A stretch of DNA of 64,000 bases, taken from contig CBDBIB010000002.1 of assembly GCA_965205945.1 (NCBI GenBank), positions 263,999-327,998 on the forward strand, given 5' to 3'. The stretch comes from Bdellovibrionales bacterium. Lineage in GTDB: Bacteria; Bdellovibrionota; Bdellovibrionia; Bdellovibrionales; UBA1609. This document shows positions 10,106 to 20,048 of this stretch, piece by piece. Both the position numbers and the translations under genes were made by a program. Each line of letters begins with the position of its first letter. The first letter of the stretch is position 1. The notes under the pieces are model-generated. The model saw nothing but the letters and a program-made list of their open reading frames with translations, was not told where the DNA came from and made no database searches.

Positions 10106-11431
10106 ATGTTTGAAAATCTTTCAGATAAGGTTTTAGGGGCCATAGCAAAGCTTAGAACAACAAAAATTACACAAGCGCATTTAGATGTTGTTTTAAAAGA
10201 AATTAGAATGGCTTTATTAGAAGCTGATGTGAATTTTATCGTTGTTAAAAAGTTTATGGAACGAGTTAAAGAAAAAGCCTTAGGTCAAGTGGTTTTAAAG
10301 TCAGTAACCCCTGACCAACAGTTTACAAAAATTGTTAATGATGAGCTTATAAGAGTATTAGGTGGCGAAACGTTTTATATAGATCTTAAGAAAACACCCT
10401 CTAGAATAATGCTTGTAGGACTTCAAGGTGTGGGAAAAACCACTACGGCTGGAAAGCTTTCTTTATTTATTAGGAAAAAATTTAAAAAAAAAGTTGGACT
10501 TATCCCTCTAGATCTTCAAAGACCAGCAGCTGTTAAACAGTTAAAAATTTTGGCAAAACAAACGGATACACCATTTTATGATGCTAATATGTCACTTTCA
10601 GTAGTTCAAAATTATAAATGTGCTCAAAAGTGGGCTGAACAAAATAATATTCAAGTTTTAATATTAGATACAGCCGGAAGGCTTCAAGTTGATGAGGTGT
10701 TAATGGGAGAGCTTAAAGAGCTTAAGCATTTATGCAACCCTTCTGAAGTTTTATTAGTGTCAGATGCAATGTTAGGTCAACAGTCAGTAAATGTTGCTCA
10801 AGGCTTTCATAAAGCTTTAGGGCTTACAGGGCTTGTTCTTACAAAATTTGATGGCGATGCTAGAGGCGGTGGAGCACTTAGTATTAGAGAGGCTACAGGG
10901 GTTGGTATAAAACTAATTGGAACAGGTGAGAAACTATCTGCTTTAGAAATTTTTCATCCAGATAGGCTGGCAGGAAGGATTTTAGATAAGGGTGATATTG
11001 TTTCCTTAGTTGAGAAAGCTCAAGAAGTAGTAGATGAGAAAGAAGCTATGGAATCGGCTAAAAAAATGTCTAAGGGTCGGTTTACTGTTGAAGATTTCTT
11101 AAAGCAGCTTCATATGATGAGAAAAATGGGTGGGCTAACCTCTATTATGGGCATGCTTCCAGGGGCAGGTCAGATAATGAAACAGGTAAAAGGGATGAAT
11201 TCTCCTGAAAATGAAATAAAGAAAATTGAGGCTATTATTAATTCAATGACTAGGAATGAAAGAAAAAATCATAAGGTTCTTAATGGTTCAAGACGCCTTA
11301 GGATTGCTAAAGGTTCAGGCACAAAGGTTCAGGATATAAATAAATTTGTAAAGCAATTTGAACAAAGTCAAAAAATGATGACTCAAATGATGAAAAAAGG
11401 TGGAAATTCTATGAAAAAAATGCCTTTTTAA
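10106..11431 (+). CDS. ffh: Signal recognition particle protein
   Basis: GLQGVGKTT, DTAGR, TKFDGDARGG, Met-rich M domain. Confidence 0.97.
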   Translation: MFENLSDKVLGAIAKLRTTKITQAHLDVVLKEIRMALLEADVNFIVVKKFMERVKEKALGQVVLKSVTPDQQFTKIVNDELIRVLGGETFYIDLKKTPSRIMLVGLQGVGKTTTAGKLSLFIRKKFKKKVGLIPLDLQRPAAVKQLKILAKQTDTPFYDANMSLSVVQNYKCAQKWAEQNNIQVLILDTAGRLQVDEVLMGELKELKHLCNPSEVLLVSDAMLGQQSVNVAQGFHKALGLTGLVLTKFDGDARGGGALSIREATGVGIKLIGTGEKLSALEIFHPDRLAGRILDKGDIVSLVEKAQEVVDEKEAMESAKKMSKGRFTVEDFLKQLHMMRKMGGLTSIMGMLPGAGQIMKQVKGMNSPENEIKKIEAIINSMTRNERKNHKVLNGSRRLRIAKGSGTKVQDINKFVKQFEQSQKMMTQMMKKGGNSMKKMPF

Positions 11432-11531
11432 TAATAAAGGTTTTAAATTTAAAGAGAATTGTGCTTGTTTAGACTTGATCTTATAAGAGGAGTTTAGTAT
11501 GACTTTTGCTTTAGGTAGGAGACTATTGTAA

Positions 11532-11780
11532 ATGGTTGTTATAAGATTGTCCCGTAAGGGCTCAAAACATGATCCTAAATATAGAGTTATGGTAGCGGAT
11601 TCAAGAAGGCCTAGAGATGGCAAGTTTATTGAAATAGTGGGGAATTATAATCCTTTAGCAAGAGGAAGTGAGAGAAAAATTAACCTTAAATTAGATCGTA
11701 TTCAAGATTGGATTAGTAAAGGTGCACAACCTTCTAACACTGTTAAATCTCTTATAAAGAATGCTGAGCCGTCGGCGTAA
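11532..11780 (+). CDS. rpsP: 30S ribosomal protein S16
   Basis: [22 protein letters not shown]; conserved operon position. Confidence 0.97.
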   Translation: MVVIRLSRKGSKHDPKYRVMVADSRRPRDGKFIEIVGNYNPLARGSERKINLKLDRIQDWISKGAQPSNTVKSLIKNAEPSA

Positions 11781-11837
11781 AGTGCTCGAGCTTTTTTAAA
11801 ATGAAACAAAATTTTTAACGAAAAGGGGCAGGCTTAA

Positions 11838-12080
11838 ATGGCAGAAAATTTAAAAGAATTAGTCGAATTTATGGCTAAATCGCTAGTTGATGATCCTGAT
11901 AGTGTTGAAGTTAAAGAAGTTCCTGGTGAACAAACTACAGTGTATGAATTAAAAGTAGCTAAAGAAGACTTGGGAAAAGTAATTGGTAAACAAGGGCGTA
12001 CGGCTCATTCAATGAGAACAATTCTAACGGCTGCTAGCACTAAAATACAAAGGCGTACAGCTTTAGAGATTATTGAGTAA
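11838..12080 (+). CDS. khpA: KH-domain RNA-binding protein KhpA
   Basis: [13 protein letters not shown]; lies between rpsP and rimM. Confidence 0.92.
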   Translation: MAENLKELVEFMAKSLVDDPDSVEVKEVPGEQTTVYELKVAKEDLGKVIGKQGRTAHSMRTILTAASTKIQRRTALEIIE

Positions 12081-12108
12081 AACCTATTAAATTATTTTTA
12101 GACAATTT

Positions 12109-12140
12109 AAAAGTCAGAGTTAAGCTCTGGCTTTTTTTTT
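12109..12140 (+). terminator. Intrinsic terminator after rpsP-khpA
   Basis: AGTCAGAG...CTCTGGCT stem followed by a T-run. Confidence 0.75.
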
Positions 12141-12157
12141 AATTTGGAGAAAGTATT

Positions 12158-12685
12158 TTGGAAAATAAACTTATAAAAATTGGATTTATTTTAAAAGCAC
12201 ATGGAATTAAAGGAGAGGTTTTTTTAAAAATTTTTGATAAAGACGACTCCTACATCACAGAAGAAACTAAGTTGATTCTAAATGGTGAGGCTTATAATAT
12301 TAAAAACCTTAGAAAGGTTAATGGGGGAATAATCGTTAAACTTTTAGGGGTTGACACTAGAAATGATTCAGAACTTTTAAAAGGACTTCAGGTCTTTGTA
12401 GAAGAGGATGTTTTTAAAAACTTTTTAAAAGAAGGAGAAGTGTATTTAAATCAACTAAAAGGGTTTAAAGTTTTCTTAAAAAAAGATTTAAAAGGTCTTG
12501 TTTCAGGATTTTCACAAACAGCAGCCCACGATCTTTTAGTTGTGGAGTTAATTTCTGGAGGGTTTGTTGAGATTCCATATGTTGATAGTTTTATAATTAA
12601 AATCAATAAGTTAGAGGAAATTATTAAAGTTGATTGTCCTAAAGAGCTTTTTGATCAAGATTTTTTAAATGGAGTAAAAAAATGA
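12158..12685 (+). CDS. rimM: Ribosome maturation factor RimM
   Basis: IGFILKAHGIKGEV, AHDLLVV, EIPYV; operon position. Confidence 0.92.
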   Translation: MENKLIKIGFILKAHGIKGEVFLKIFDKDDSYITEETKLILNGEAYNIKNLRKVNGGIIVKLLGVDTRNDSELLKGLQVFVEEDVFKNFLKEGEVYLNQLKGFKVFLKKDLKGLVSGFSQTAAHDLLVVELISGGFVEIPYVDSFIIKINKLEEIIKVDCPKELFDQDFLNGVKK

Positions 12686-13419
12686 AAATAGGGGTGATCA
12701 CCTTATTTCCAGAGGCTATTAAACCTTTAAAATCTAAACTGTCTTTTGGTCTAGTAGGCAAAGCCTTTGAAGATGGAAAGACTCAACTTTTTATAGAGGA
12801 CTTAAGAGAGTCTGGAGAAGGTAGACATAAAGTTGTTGATGACAGCCCTTATGGCGGTGGAGATGGAATGGTGTTAAAGCCGGAGCCTATTAAAAAGGCT
12901 TTAAAGAACCTTTTATTGAAAATGAATCTTAAAAGATCTCAGGTTGAAACCATTTATACATGTCCTTCAGGGGAACTTTGGACTCAAAAAAAAGCTGAAC
13001 TCATTATAAGAAAAAAACATAAAGGCTTAATAATACTTTGCGGTAGGTATGCAGGAGCAGATTTTCGTGTGATTAAAGAGTTTTTTGATAAAAGTGTTTG
13101 TTTAGGACCTTTTATTTTAAATGGTGGAGAACTACCAGCTTTGTGTATTATTGAAACCTTAGTAAGAATAATTCCTGATGTTTTAGGAAACATAGAGTCT
13201 ATTAAAATGGACTCTTTTTCAAAAGAGTTTTTGGCTGTGGAGGCTGAGTCTTATACAAAACCTCAGGTGTGGGAGGGGCTTAGTGTTCCAAAAATTTTAT
13301 TCTCAGGGGACCATAAAAAAATAAAGGCCTATAGAGTAAAGAGATCAACAAAAAGAACCTTTAAATGGCTTAAAAATGCCTGTGAATCCATTAAAGAGTG
13401 TTTAAAAAAAATCGAATAA
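12682..13419 (+). CDS. trmD: tRNA (guanine37-N1)-methyltransferase
   Basis: ITLFPE, VDDSPYGGGDGMV, LCGRYAG, LNGGEL. Confidence 0.95.
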   Translation: MKIGVITLFPEAIKPLKSKLSFGLVGKAFEDGKTQLFIEDLRESGEGRHKVVDDSPYGGGDGMVLKPEPIKKALKNLLLKMNLKRSQVETIYTCPSGELWTQKKAELIIRKKHKGLIILCGRYAGADFRVIKEFFDKSVCLGPFILNGGELPALCIIETLVRIIPDVLGNIESIKMDSFSKEFLAVEAESYTKPQVWEGLSVPKILFSGDHKKIKAYRVKRSTKRTFKWLKNACESIKECLKKIE

Positions 13420-13448
13420 CCCTCTTTTCTTGACCATTATTTTATTAA

Positions 13449-13859
13449 ATGATATTAACTACTCTTTTTAAAAAAGATAGGAATAAGGATTTAGACATGA
13501 ATTTTGTAGAAAAAGTTGCAAATATATTTAATAAAAAAAAAGACTTACTTAAATTTAATACTGGCGATACAATTACTGTTTACGTTAAAATTAAAGAGGG
13601 TGAGAAAGAAAGAATTCAGCTTTTTAAAGGTAACGTGATTAAAATTCAAGGTTCAGGAATTGGGAGAACATTTACTGTTAGAAAAATGTCGGGTCAATTT
13701 GGTGTGGAAAGAACTTGGCCATTAGCAAGTCCTGCTATTGATAAAATTGAGCTTTTAGCAAAAGGCAGGGTTAAACGCTCTAAGATTTTTTATTTACGTG
13801 ATTTAAAAGGAAGAGCTGCAAGAATTAAATCAGAACTTGTCGCAAGTAAAAAAAACTAA
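13449..13859 (+). CDS. rplS: 50S ribosomal protein L19 (true start probably the ATG at 13497)
   Basis: [37 protein letters not shown]. Confidence 0.95.
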   Translation: MILTTLFKKDRNKDLDMNFVEKVANIFNKKKDLLKFNTGDTITVYVKIKEGEKERIQLFKGNVIKIQGSGIGRTFTVRKMSGQFGVERTWPLASPAIDKIELLAKGRVKRSKIFYLRDLKGRAARIKSELVASKKN

Positions 13860-13869
13860 GTAGTTCATT

Positions 13870-14460
13870 TTGAGTCTAACTGTGGGTATTGATGAAGTTG
13901 GACGAGGTTGTTTGTTTGGCCCTGTTGTTGCCTCTGCAGTAGCGTTTAATCCTAAAAATCTTATTCCCCATGGATTAACAGACTCTAAGAAACTAAGCGA
14001 AAAAAAAAGAAAAGAATTTAGCAAAATAATAAAGAAGAATCATTATTATGGAATTGGTCATTGTTCTTCTAAAGAAATAGATGAATTAAATATTCTTCAA
14101 GCCTCGCTTTTGGCTATGAAAAGAGCATATAAAAAACTCATATTACAAACAAAAGATGAAAACATAAAAGATGTTAGGATTGATGGTATTTGGAAAATAC
14201 CGGGTTTAAATCCAAAGCTTAAACAGATCACGATAATTAAAGGTGATTTAAATAATGTTACCATAGGTGCGGCTTCAATTATTGCTAAAGTATATAGGGA
14301 TGAACTTATGAAAAAAATGCAGTTGCTTTATCCTGGCTATGGGCTTTTAAAACATAAAGGTTATCCAACAAAATTACACAAAAAAGCTATTCTAGATCTA
14401 GGAGTGACTGATCAACATAGAAGAACCTTTAAAGGTGTTAAAGAGGCAATACTTTTATGA
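13870..14460 (+). CDS. rnhB: Ribonuclease HII
   Basis: GIDEVGRG, DSKKL, AASIIAKVYRD, HKGYPT, HRRTF. Confidence 0.96.
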   Translation: MSLTVGIDEVGRGCLFGPVVASAVAFNPKNLIPHGLTDSKKLSEKKRKEFSKIIKKNHYYGIGHCSSKEIDELNILQASLLAMKRAYKKLILQTKDENIKDVRIDGIWKIPGLNPKLKQITIIKGDLNNVTIGAASIIAKVYRDELMKKMQLLYPGYGLLKHKGYPTKLHKKAILDLGVTDQHRRTFKGVKEAILL

Positions 14461-14502
14461 AGAATAAGTTTGCCTCTCCTTTTTTTTTAATGATTTTTTT
14501 AA

Positions 14503-16872
14503 TTATATTTTATGTAAGGGTTTTTGGATTTGAGGTTTGGGTCCGTAATTAAACTGAAAACTAAAATCTCTACGTATTGTATCATCATTATCCAGTTTCC
14601 AAAGGCGTGCGCCAATCCCCCAACAGTTGCCAATTGGAGTATAGAAAAAATTGGCTCCCCAACCCTGTTTCCTATCTCCAATTAATGAAAACCTTGTCCA
14701 TGCTGAAAACTGTAGCGTAGGAAGTTCCCAGCCAAGTGAGATTGTAGCTGCTTTAGTTTTGTTTTTTGTTAAAAAACCTGCATTATCAACAGCAATAAAA
14801 TAAGAATAATCTAGTCCAATATATCTGCCAGGTTTGTAAATAAATTTATTAGTAGTAAAAAGCTTACTTTTTTTTGCTTTATGAAAATAAGATGCTTGAG
14901 TAAAATTAATAAAGTGCTTAGTTCTAAATTTAAGAAGACCATTAAGATTACTCCATGGGTCAGGAGAGGAGGACTCTTGTTGGTTTTTAAAATCGTAGGA
15001 TTGTCTTAAACTAAAGAAGAAAGGCTGATCGTAATAGGTTGCCATTTCTTGTTTATGTTTTTTAATAAATATATTTGTTAAACTAAATTCAATAACATTA
15101 GCTCTAAAAAAACGATCCCAATAATCAAATTGTATTGCATGATCAAAGGCATAAAAATCCTCATCGGTAATAGGCTGGTACTGCCTATGATAAGGAAGTT
15201 CAACTTTTTTATTGTTACTTTTATTTATATCGTGATTAAAAAAAATATTTTTACTCTGATTAATAAAAGATCCATAGCGAAAAGTAATTTCAGGTATTAT
15301 CTTGTGTTTAATCTGATTAAAAACGATTTTTGAAAACTCTGTACGTATAGAATTTGAAAACTCTATATATCTTAAAAAAGCAAACTGAGAGTATGGGTTT
15401 AAAGCATTATTGTTAAGGGTGGAGCTTTTAGTGGTGTTAAAATGGTAATAAGAATCTTTATATGAAAGGGTAGGAAGGACATCAAAATAATCTTTAATTT
15501 TAAAAGGAGCTGAGAGCTCAGTATTTAAACGCAACCTATGTCCTGTTCTTATAAGATCTTTGCTTGTATCAAATTGACCTGTGTTTGTAAGAGTGTTGAT
15601 ATACTTTTTAATGTTATTTGGATCACTTGAATCAATAGTGATCTCATCAAAACTTTGCAAGTTTCTTTGAAAATTAGTATACACAATATCAGTTTTAAAA
15701 AGAAAAGTATTTTTTAAAAAAGGAGTTTGGATTAAAGAATATTTTAATTCAGGAAGTTTATGGATAGAAAAATTATCACTTTCATTAGGGTCATCAACTA
15801 AGAGATTTATATAATAAGTGGCTTGAGCAGACATAAACTCATTGTTTTTAGTTTTGCTAATAGAAAAAGTATTTTTTAAAGCAGCCTCCCCACGTCCACT
15901 AACTTCTGAGTTAAAGTCATTTAAATAGCTGCGCTCCTTTACTAAGGTAAATTCAGATTTTTGTATAAACCCTCTTGGTAGGATAAAAAAGTTATTATAA
16001 GTAAAAAACCACCGAGAGCTAGGATCTAAAATATTATTTTTGTTTAAGTATGCGTCATCATACATTAAAGCAGTTTTTAAATATAACCAGCTTTTACTAC
16101 TAAGCCACTGGTTGTATTCGGCTAAAACTTTTGCCCCTGTAGTGATAAAATTTTTACTTTTTAAATATATCATAGGAGTTAGAGTTAAATCTCTATGAGG
16201 ATCAATGTTCCAAAAAAAAGGTTGTGATAATTCACTCCCACTGTTTTCAGAAGTGTTGCCTAGTCTTGGAGGGAGAAGGCCTGTTTTTCTTCTTGTGTTA
16301 AGAGGGAGAATAAGGTGGGGAAGGGGAAAGAGTATTTGATTTAAAACCTGGAATCTTCCGTTTTCAATATCAACATACTCATTAATATTGGTTTTTATTT
16401 TTTTCCCTTTAATTGTCCAGCTTGCTGGACAGGTTATACATGTTGTAAACTTAGCTTCATGGGCTTCATAAGTATTATTGGATGTTTTTTTTAAAATCTT
16501 AGCTTCTAATAAAAATTGACCTGATGAGAGTCTAACATCAAAAAGGGTGCCTTTTTGAATTTTATAATTTAACTTGGCTTTTTTAGCTTCAACGTAGGAG
16601 TTTTTTCCTTGTATTCGAACATTGCCCCACGCTTGTAAGAAGTTGTCTTTTTGAGAAATAAAAGTATTAGAAGCACTGAGTTCATATTCATCAAAAAAGA
16701 TTTTAACATTTCCTGTTAGTGTTACTGTGTTTGTTATTAAATTAGCGTTGATTATATCAGCACTATAATAAATAAGACCTTTTTCTGCCTCAAAAACGCC
16801 CGGGTTATTCTGAGTAAAACCTAGCCCAGGATAAAGAAGTAAAACACAGAAAGTTTTAAAAAGATTTAACAT
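14503..16872 (-). CDS. lptD: LPS assembly protein LptD
   Basis: OstA-like N-terminus, FTTC, RKTGLLPP, QPFFWNI, beta-barrel-like C-terminus. Confidence 0.85.
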   Translation of the reverse strand: MLNLFKTFCVLLLYPGLGFTQNNPGVFEAEKGLIYYSADIINANLITNTVTLTGNVKIFFDEYELSASNTFISQKDNFLQAWGNVRIQGKNSYVEAKKAKLNYKIQKGTLFDVRLSSGQFLLEAKILKKTSNNTYEAHEAKFTTCITCPASWTIKGKKIKTNINEYVDIENGRFQVLNQILFPLPHLILPLNTRRKTGLLPPRLGNTSENSGSELSQPFFWNIDPHRDLTLTPMIYLKSKNFITTGAKVLAEYNQWLSSKSWLYLKTALMYDDAYLNKNNILDPSSRWFFTYNNFFILPRGFIQKSEFTLVKERSYLNDFNSEVSGRGEAALKNTFSISKTKNNEFMSAQATYYINLLVDDPNESDNFSIHKLPELKYSLIQTPFLKNTFLFKTDIVYTNFQRNLQSFDEITIDSSDPNNIKKYINTLTNTGQFDTSKDLIRTGHRLRLNTELSAPFKIKDYFDVLPTLSYKDSYYHFNTTKSSTLNNNALNPYSQFAFLRYIEFSNSIRTEFSKIVFNQIKHKIIPEITFRYGSFINQSKNIFFNHDINKSNNKKVELPYHRQYQPITDEDFYAFDHAIQFDYWDRFFRANVIEFSLTNIFIKKHKQEMATYYDQPFFFSLRQSYDFKNQQESSSPDPWSNLNGLLKFRTKHFINFTQASYFHKAKKSKLFTTNKFIYKPGRYIGLDYSYFIAVDNAGFLTKNKTKAATISLGWELPTLQFSAWTRFSLIGDRKQGWGANFFYTPIGNCWGIGARLWKLDNDDTIRRDFSFQFNYGPKPQIQKPLHKI

Positions 16873-17042
16873 AATCTAACTGCCTCTTTTAAAACGTGGT
16901 TAAGAATAAAATAGGGACAGATTACCTGTCTTTAGTCTAAGTTTCAAATTTGTTTCATAAAGGAGAGCTTATTTTTAACTTATATCTGGTCTTTTGAGCC
17001 ATTGTTCTAAAAGTCTATGAGGATTATGCTTAAAAACAGGGA

Positions 17043-17456
17043 GTGTATATGGTTGCAAAATTAAGTTGGTATGGTGATATAATGATTGTTGGACTTCAGG
17101 GTCAGTTAAATTTTGAATCTGCTAATCAGTTTAAGAAAAAATCACAAAGGCATTTTGCTCAAAATAAAGTTATCTTTTCTTTAAAAAATCTTAATTTTGT
17201 TGGATCTACAGGAGTTCAAGATTTTGTAAGAGCTTTGGCTGAACTTTCAGAAAAAAACCCTTATGGATTAGGTATTGCTGAAGCCAGAACTGAATATGAA
17301 CGGTTACTTGAGCCTTATCAGGGGCATTCTTTAGTTATTTTTAAAAGTTTAGATTTAGCAAAAAGATTTTTTAGCCTTGGTCATTTAGAATTTCAAGACT
17401 CTGAGGAAGAAGAAAAATCTGCAGATCAAGATTTTATTGATCTTGAAGTAAGCTAA
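17043..17456 (+). CDS. STAS-domain (anti-sigma antagonist-like) protein
   Basis: LQGQLNFE, LKNLNFVGSTG resemble the STAS motif. Confidence 0.7.
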   Translation: MYMVAKLSWYGDIMIVGLQGQLNFESANQFKKKSQRHFAQNKVIFSLKNLNFVGSTGVQDFVRALAELSEKNPYGLGIAEARTEYERLLEPYQGHSLVIFKSLDLAKRFFSLGHLEFQDSEEEEKSADQDFIDLEVS

Positions 17457-17486
17457 GTAAGGTATTAGTTTTTTTTTAAAAAAAAA

Positions 17487-18737
17487 TTATAAATTGTAAT
17501 CAAATTCACTTAAAGGTTGAATGGCTTTTTTAAAAGCTCTTTGCATGGCTTGTGTTGCCTTAAGAGAGCTTTCATCTTGTTTTGATTTAATGTCTTCTAG
17601 TTGTGAGAAAAAGAAATTTAAACGCTGTTTAGTGTTTTTATGCATTTGATCTACAAGGTTTAATTTTTTTTCTAGCTCTTGTGTTTGACTTTTTAAACTG
17701 TCATTAAGCATTGTGATATGAGAAAACTCATTAGACTTTTCTTGCCATAGGGCTCTAAGGCTTGTGACCTCATCTGATTGAGAATTAGCATTGGTTTTAT
17801 AAGTGCGGAATTCAGATTGGGTATTTGCCCATTGTTTTTTAAGACTATGATTTTCCATTTTAAGACGATCATTGTCCTTTTTTATTTTAGAAAACTGTAG
17901 AAGAAGATCTTCTTTTTCTTCTCTAAATTGGTAGATATTAAGCTCTTTTTCTTTTTTAATCTCTTCAATGCGATTTAACAGTTCTGTTTTTTCTATTTGC
18001 TCTTTTCGTAGAGTTTTATTCCTGTCATTAAGAACTAGATTTTCACTTTGAATATCGTCAAGCTTTGCTTTTAAATCAGCTTCTGATCTTGTAGCTTGAA
18101 GTGATTTTTGTTTAATTTCTTCTTTAAACTCTTTACTAATGCTTTGAATATGATTTGAGGCTTCGCCTAGTTTTTTTAATAATGAAGTTTTATCGTTTTC
18201 AAGGTTTTGGATTAAAGTATTTTTTTCAAAAACACTTTCTTTAAGTAGATTTTTTTCCGGTAAGTACTCGGTTTCTACTAAGTTCTTAAGTTTTTTATAT
18301 TCTTTAAGAATAGGCTTTAAAGATTCAAGCTCAGTGTTTAGTGCTGTTTGCTCTTCTTCAAAAGTTTTTCTTTCTTGGGTAAGGTAGGCTTGAGAAGTTT
18401 GGATTTTTTGTTTTAAAATACTACTTTCATTTTGTAAGAACTTTTCTTTTTCTCTATGAAGACAGATCTGGTCTTTTGCAGCTTGAAATTTTGCTTCATA
18501 CTGCATATGAATTTCTTTAAATTTTACTAAAGTTTTTTCTAACTCAATATTTCTACTAATGGTGATATTTAGCCTTGAGGCAAGATCTTGATTATGAGCT
18601 ATTAGGCTTGAAACACTTGAATTTGAATTTATGTCTAGGTTGGGTGTTTCTTTAGCTTTTTTAGTAGATTCAAAGGTTCCCGGAGGAAAGTTTTTTGTAG
18701 TATTCATGAGCAGTTCTCCCACCTTTAAGTCTGGCAA
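17487..18737 (-). CDS. Long coiled-coil hypothetical protein
   Basis: E/K/Q/L-rich heptad pattern; start uncertain. Confidence 0.7.
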   Translation of the reverse strand: MPDLKVGELLMNTTKNFPPGTFESTKKAKETPNLDINSNSSVSSLIAHNQDLASRLNITISRNIELEKTLVKFKEIHMQYEAKFQAAKDQICLHREKEKFLQNESSILKQKIQTSQAYLTQERKTFEEEQTALNTELESLKPILKEYKKLKNLVETEYLPEKNLLKESVFEKNTLIQNLENDKTSLLKKLGEASNHIQSISKEFKEEIKQKSLQATRSEADLKAKLDDIQSENLVLNDRNKTLRKEQIEKTELLNRIEEIKKEKELNIYQFREEKEDLLLQFSKIKKDNDRLKMENHSLKKQWANTQSEFRTYKTNANSQSDEVTSLRALWQEKSNEFSHITMLNDSLKSQTQELEKKLNLVDQMHKNTKQRLNFFFSQLEDIKSKQDESSLKATQAMQRAFKKAIQPLSEFDYNL

Positions 18738-18815
18738 GTAAGGGGTGGAATTGTCAAACTCATACTTTAAAATATAAGCCTACTTTGATTTAGTTAAGGA
18801 TTAAATAAAATAGAG

Positions 18816-20021
18816 TTAATTTAGCTCTTCATAGGCAGCTTTTAAGACAAGGTAATCTGCACCTCCATTAAGCTTTTTAGAGTTTATATAAATAGTAGGG
18901 GTGCCGCTTACACCAGCTGTTTTTCCAAGTTTTGCAGATTCAATTAATGCCTGGTTTGTGCTGTCTTTAGACAGGCAGTTTTTCCAAGCATGAAGATCAA
19001 CTTGTTGTGTGCTGTTTACCTGTTTTAAAAAGCTTTGCATTTGTAAGATTAACCCCTCATTGTTTTCACCACCTGCGGCTAAATTCCGATAGTAGCTTTG
19101 ATTTTTAAAAATATCATAGTGGAGAGAAAGGCCAAATCCTTGTTTTTGAGCACAGTAAACTCCCGCTGCAAGAGTACAAGAAAACCCAGGGCCTTTAACT
19201 TTAGGTTCAAAGTTTTTATTGCAGTTCGGGTCTAAGGGATAAGCATAAAAAGAAAACTCAATATTAGTGTGAGTGGCTAAGAATTTCTCTAAAATAGCTG
19301 CTGCTGTTGAGCAATGAGAGCATAAAAAGTCTGCAAATTCAGCAATTTTAACCTTTCCTCCTTGGTTTAAGACAAAAAGAGGAGCGGCCCCTTTTAGGGT
19401 TATAGGAGGTTTGTTTTTCCAGTTTTTAATAGAAGCTTTAATCTCTTTTTCTTGGGCCGCAGGGCTATAATCATTTTTTATAATTTTATGGCTTAAAATA
19501 GAAAAGGCTGGAATAGATAAAAGCAAGAATAAAAAAGTATTTGATTTTAAAATCCTTAGAATTTGAGAAAAGCTAGGTTTATATTTAAACATATATAAAA
19601 ACCCTGCAAAAATAACCGCCGATAAAAAATATAAGAAAATACAAAAAAGACAATAAACACTCATAGCAAAAACAGTTATAAGCCCCATTCCTATTGAAGC
19701 TAAAAGGTTAATGAAAGATAAAGATCCGAAAAAAAACTCCCACGTCTTATCTTTGCTGTCTGACGTTATTAAAATACCAAACAAGCTTATAAGCATCACA
19801 AAGTTTAACATAAAGCCTAAGAGTGCATTAGGAATATTCCCAAAAAGACTAGAGTACTTACTTGCTGCGACAGCCTCACAGTTAAAAGTAGCGTTAATAG
19901 AACAAATACTGTTTCCAGAAGCTGTGCCATACTCAACAGCATAAAACTCAGAAGTAAGGTAGATATAGAGAATTAAAGATAGGATAATGAGTGTAGCTAG
20001 TATATATATTTTTTTTGTCAT
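18816..20021 (-). CDS. VKOR-DsbA/thioredoxin fusion
   Basis: CSINATFNCEAV and YCLFC (VKOR); FADFLCSHC and GVSGTPT (DsbA-like). Confidence 0.88.
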   Translation of the reverse strand: MTKKIYILATLIILSLILYIYLTSEFYAVEYGTASGNSICSINATFNCEAVAASKYSSLFGNIPNALLGFMLNFVMLISLFGILITSDSKDKTWEFFFGSLSFINLLASIGMGLITVFAMSVYCLFCIFLYFLSAVIFAGFLYMFKYKPSFSQILRILKSNTFLFLLLSIPAFSILSHKIIKNDYSPAAQEKEIKASIKNWKNKPPITLKGAAPLFVLNQGGKVKIAEFADFLCSHCSTAAAILEKFLATHTNIEFSFYAYPLDPNCNKNFEPKVKGPGFSCTLAAGVYCAQKQGFGLSLHYDIFKNQSYYRNLAAGGENNEGLILQMQSFLKQVNSTQQVDLHAWKNCLSKDSTNQALIESAKLGKTAGVSGTPTIYINSKKLNGGADYLVLKAAYEELN

Positions 20022-20048
20022 GGATAAAGGTTAAATTTAATTGAATAA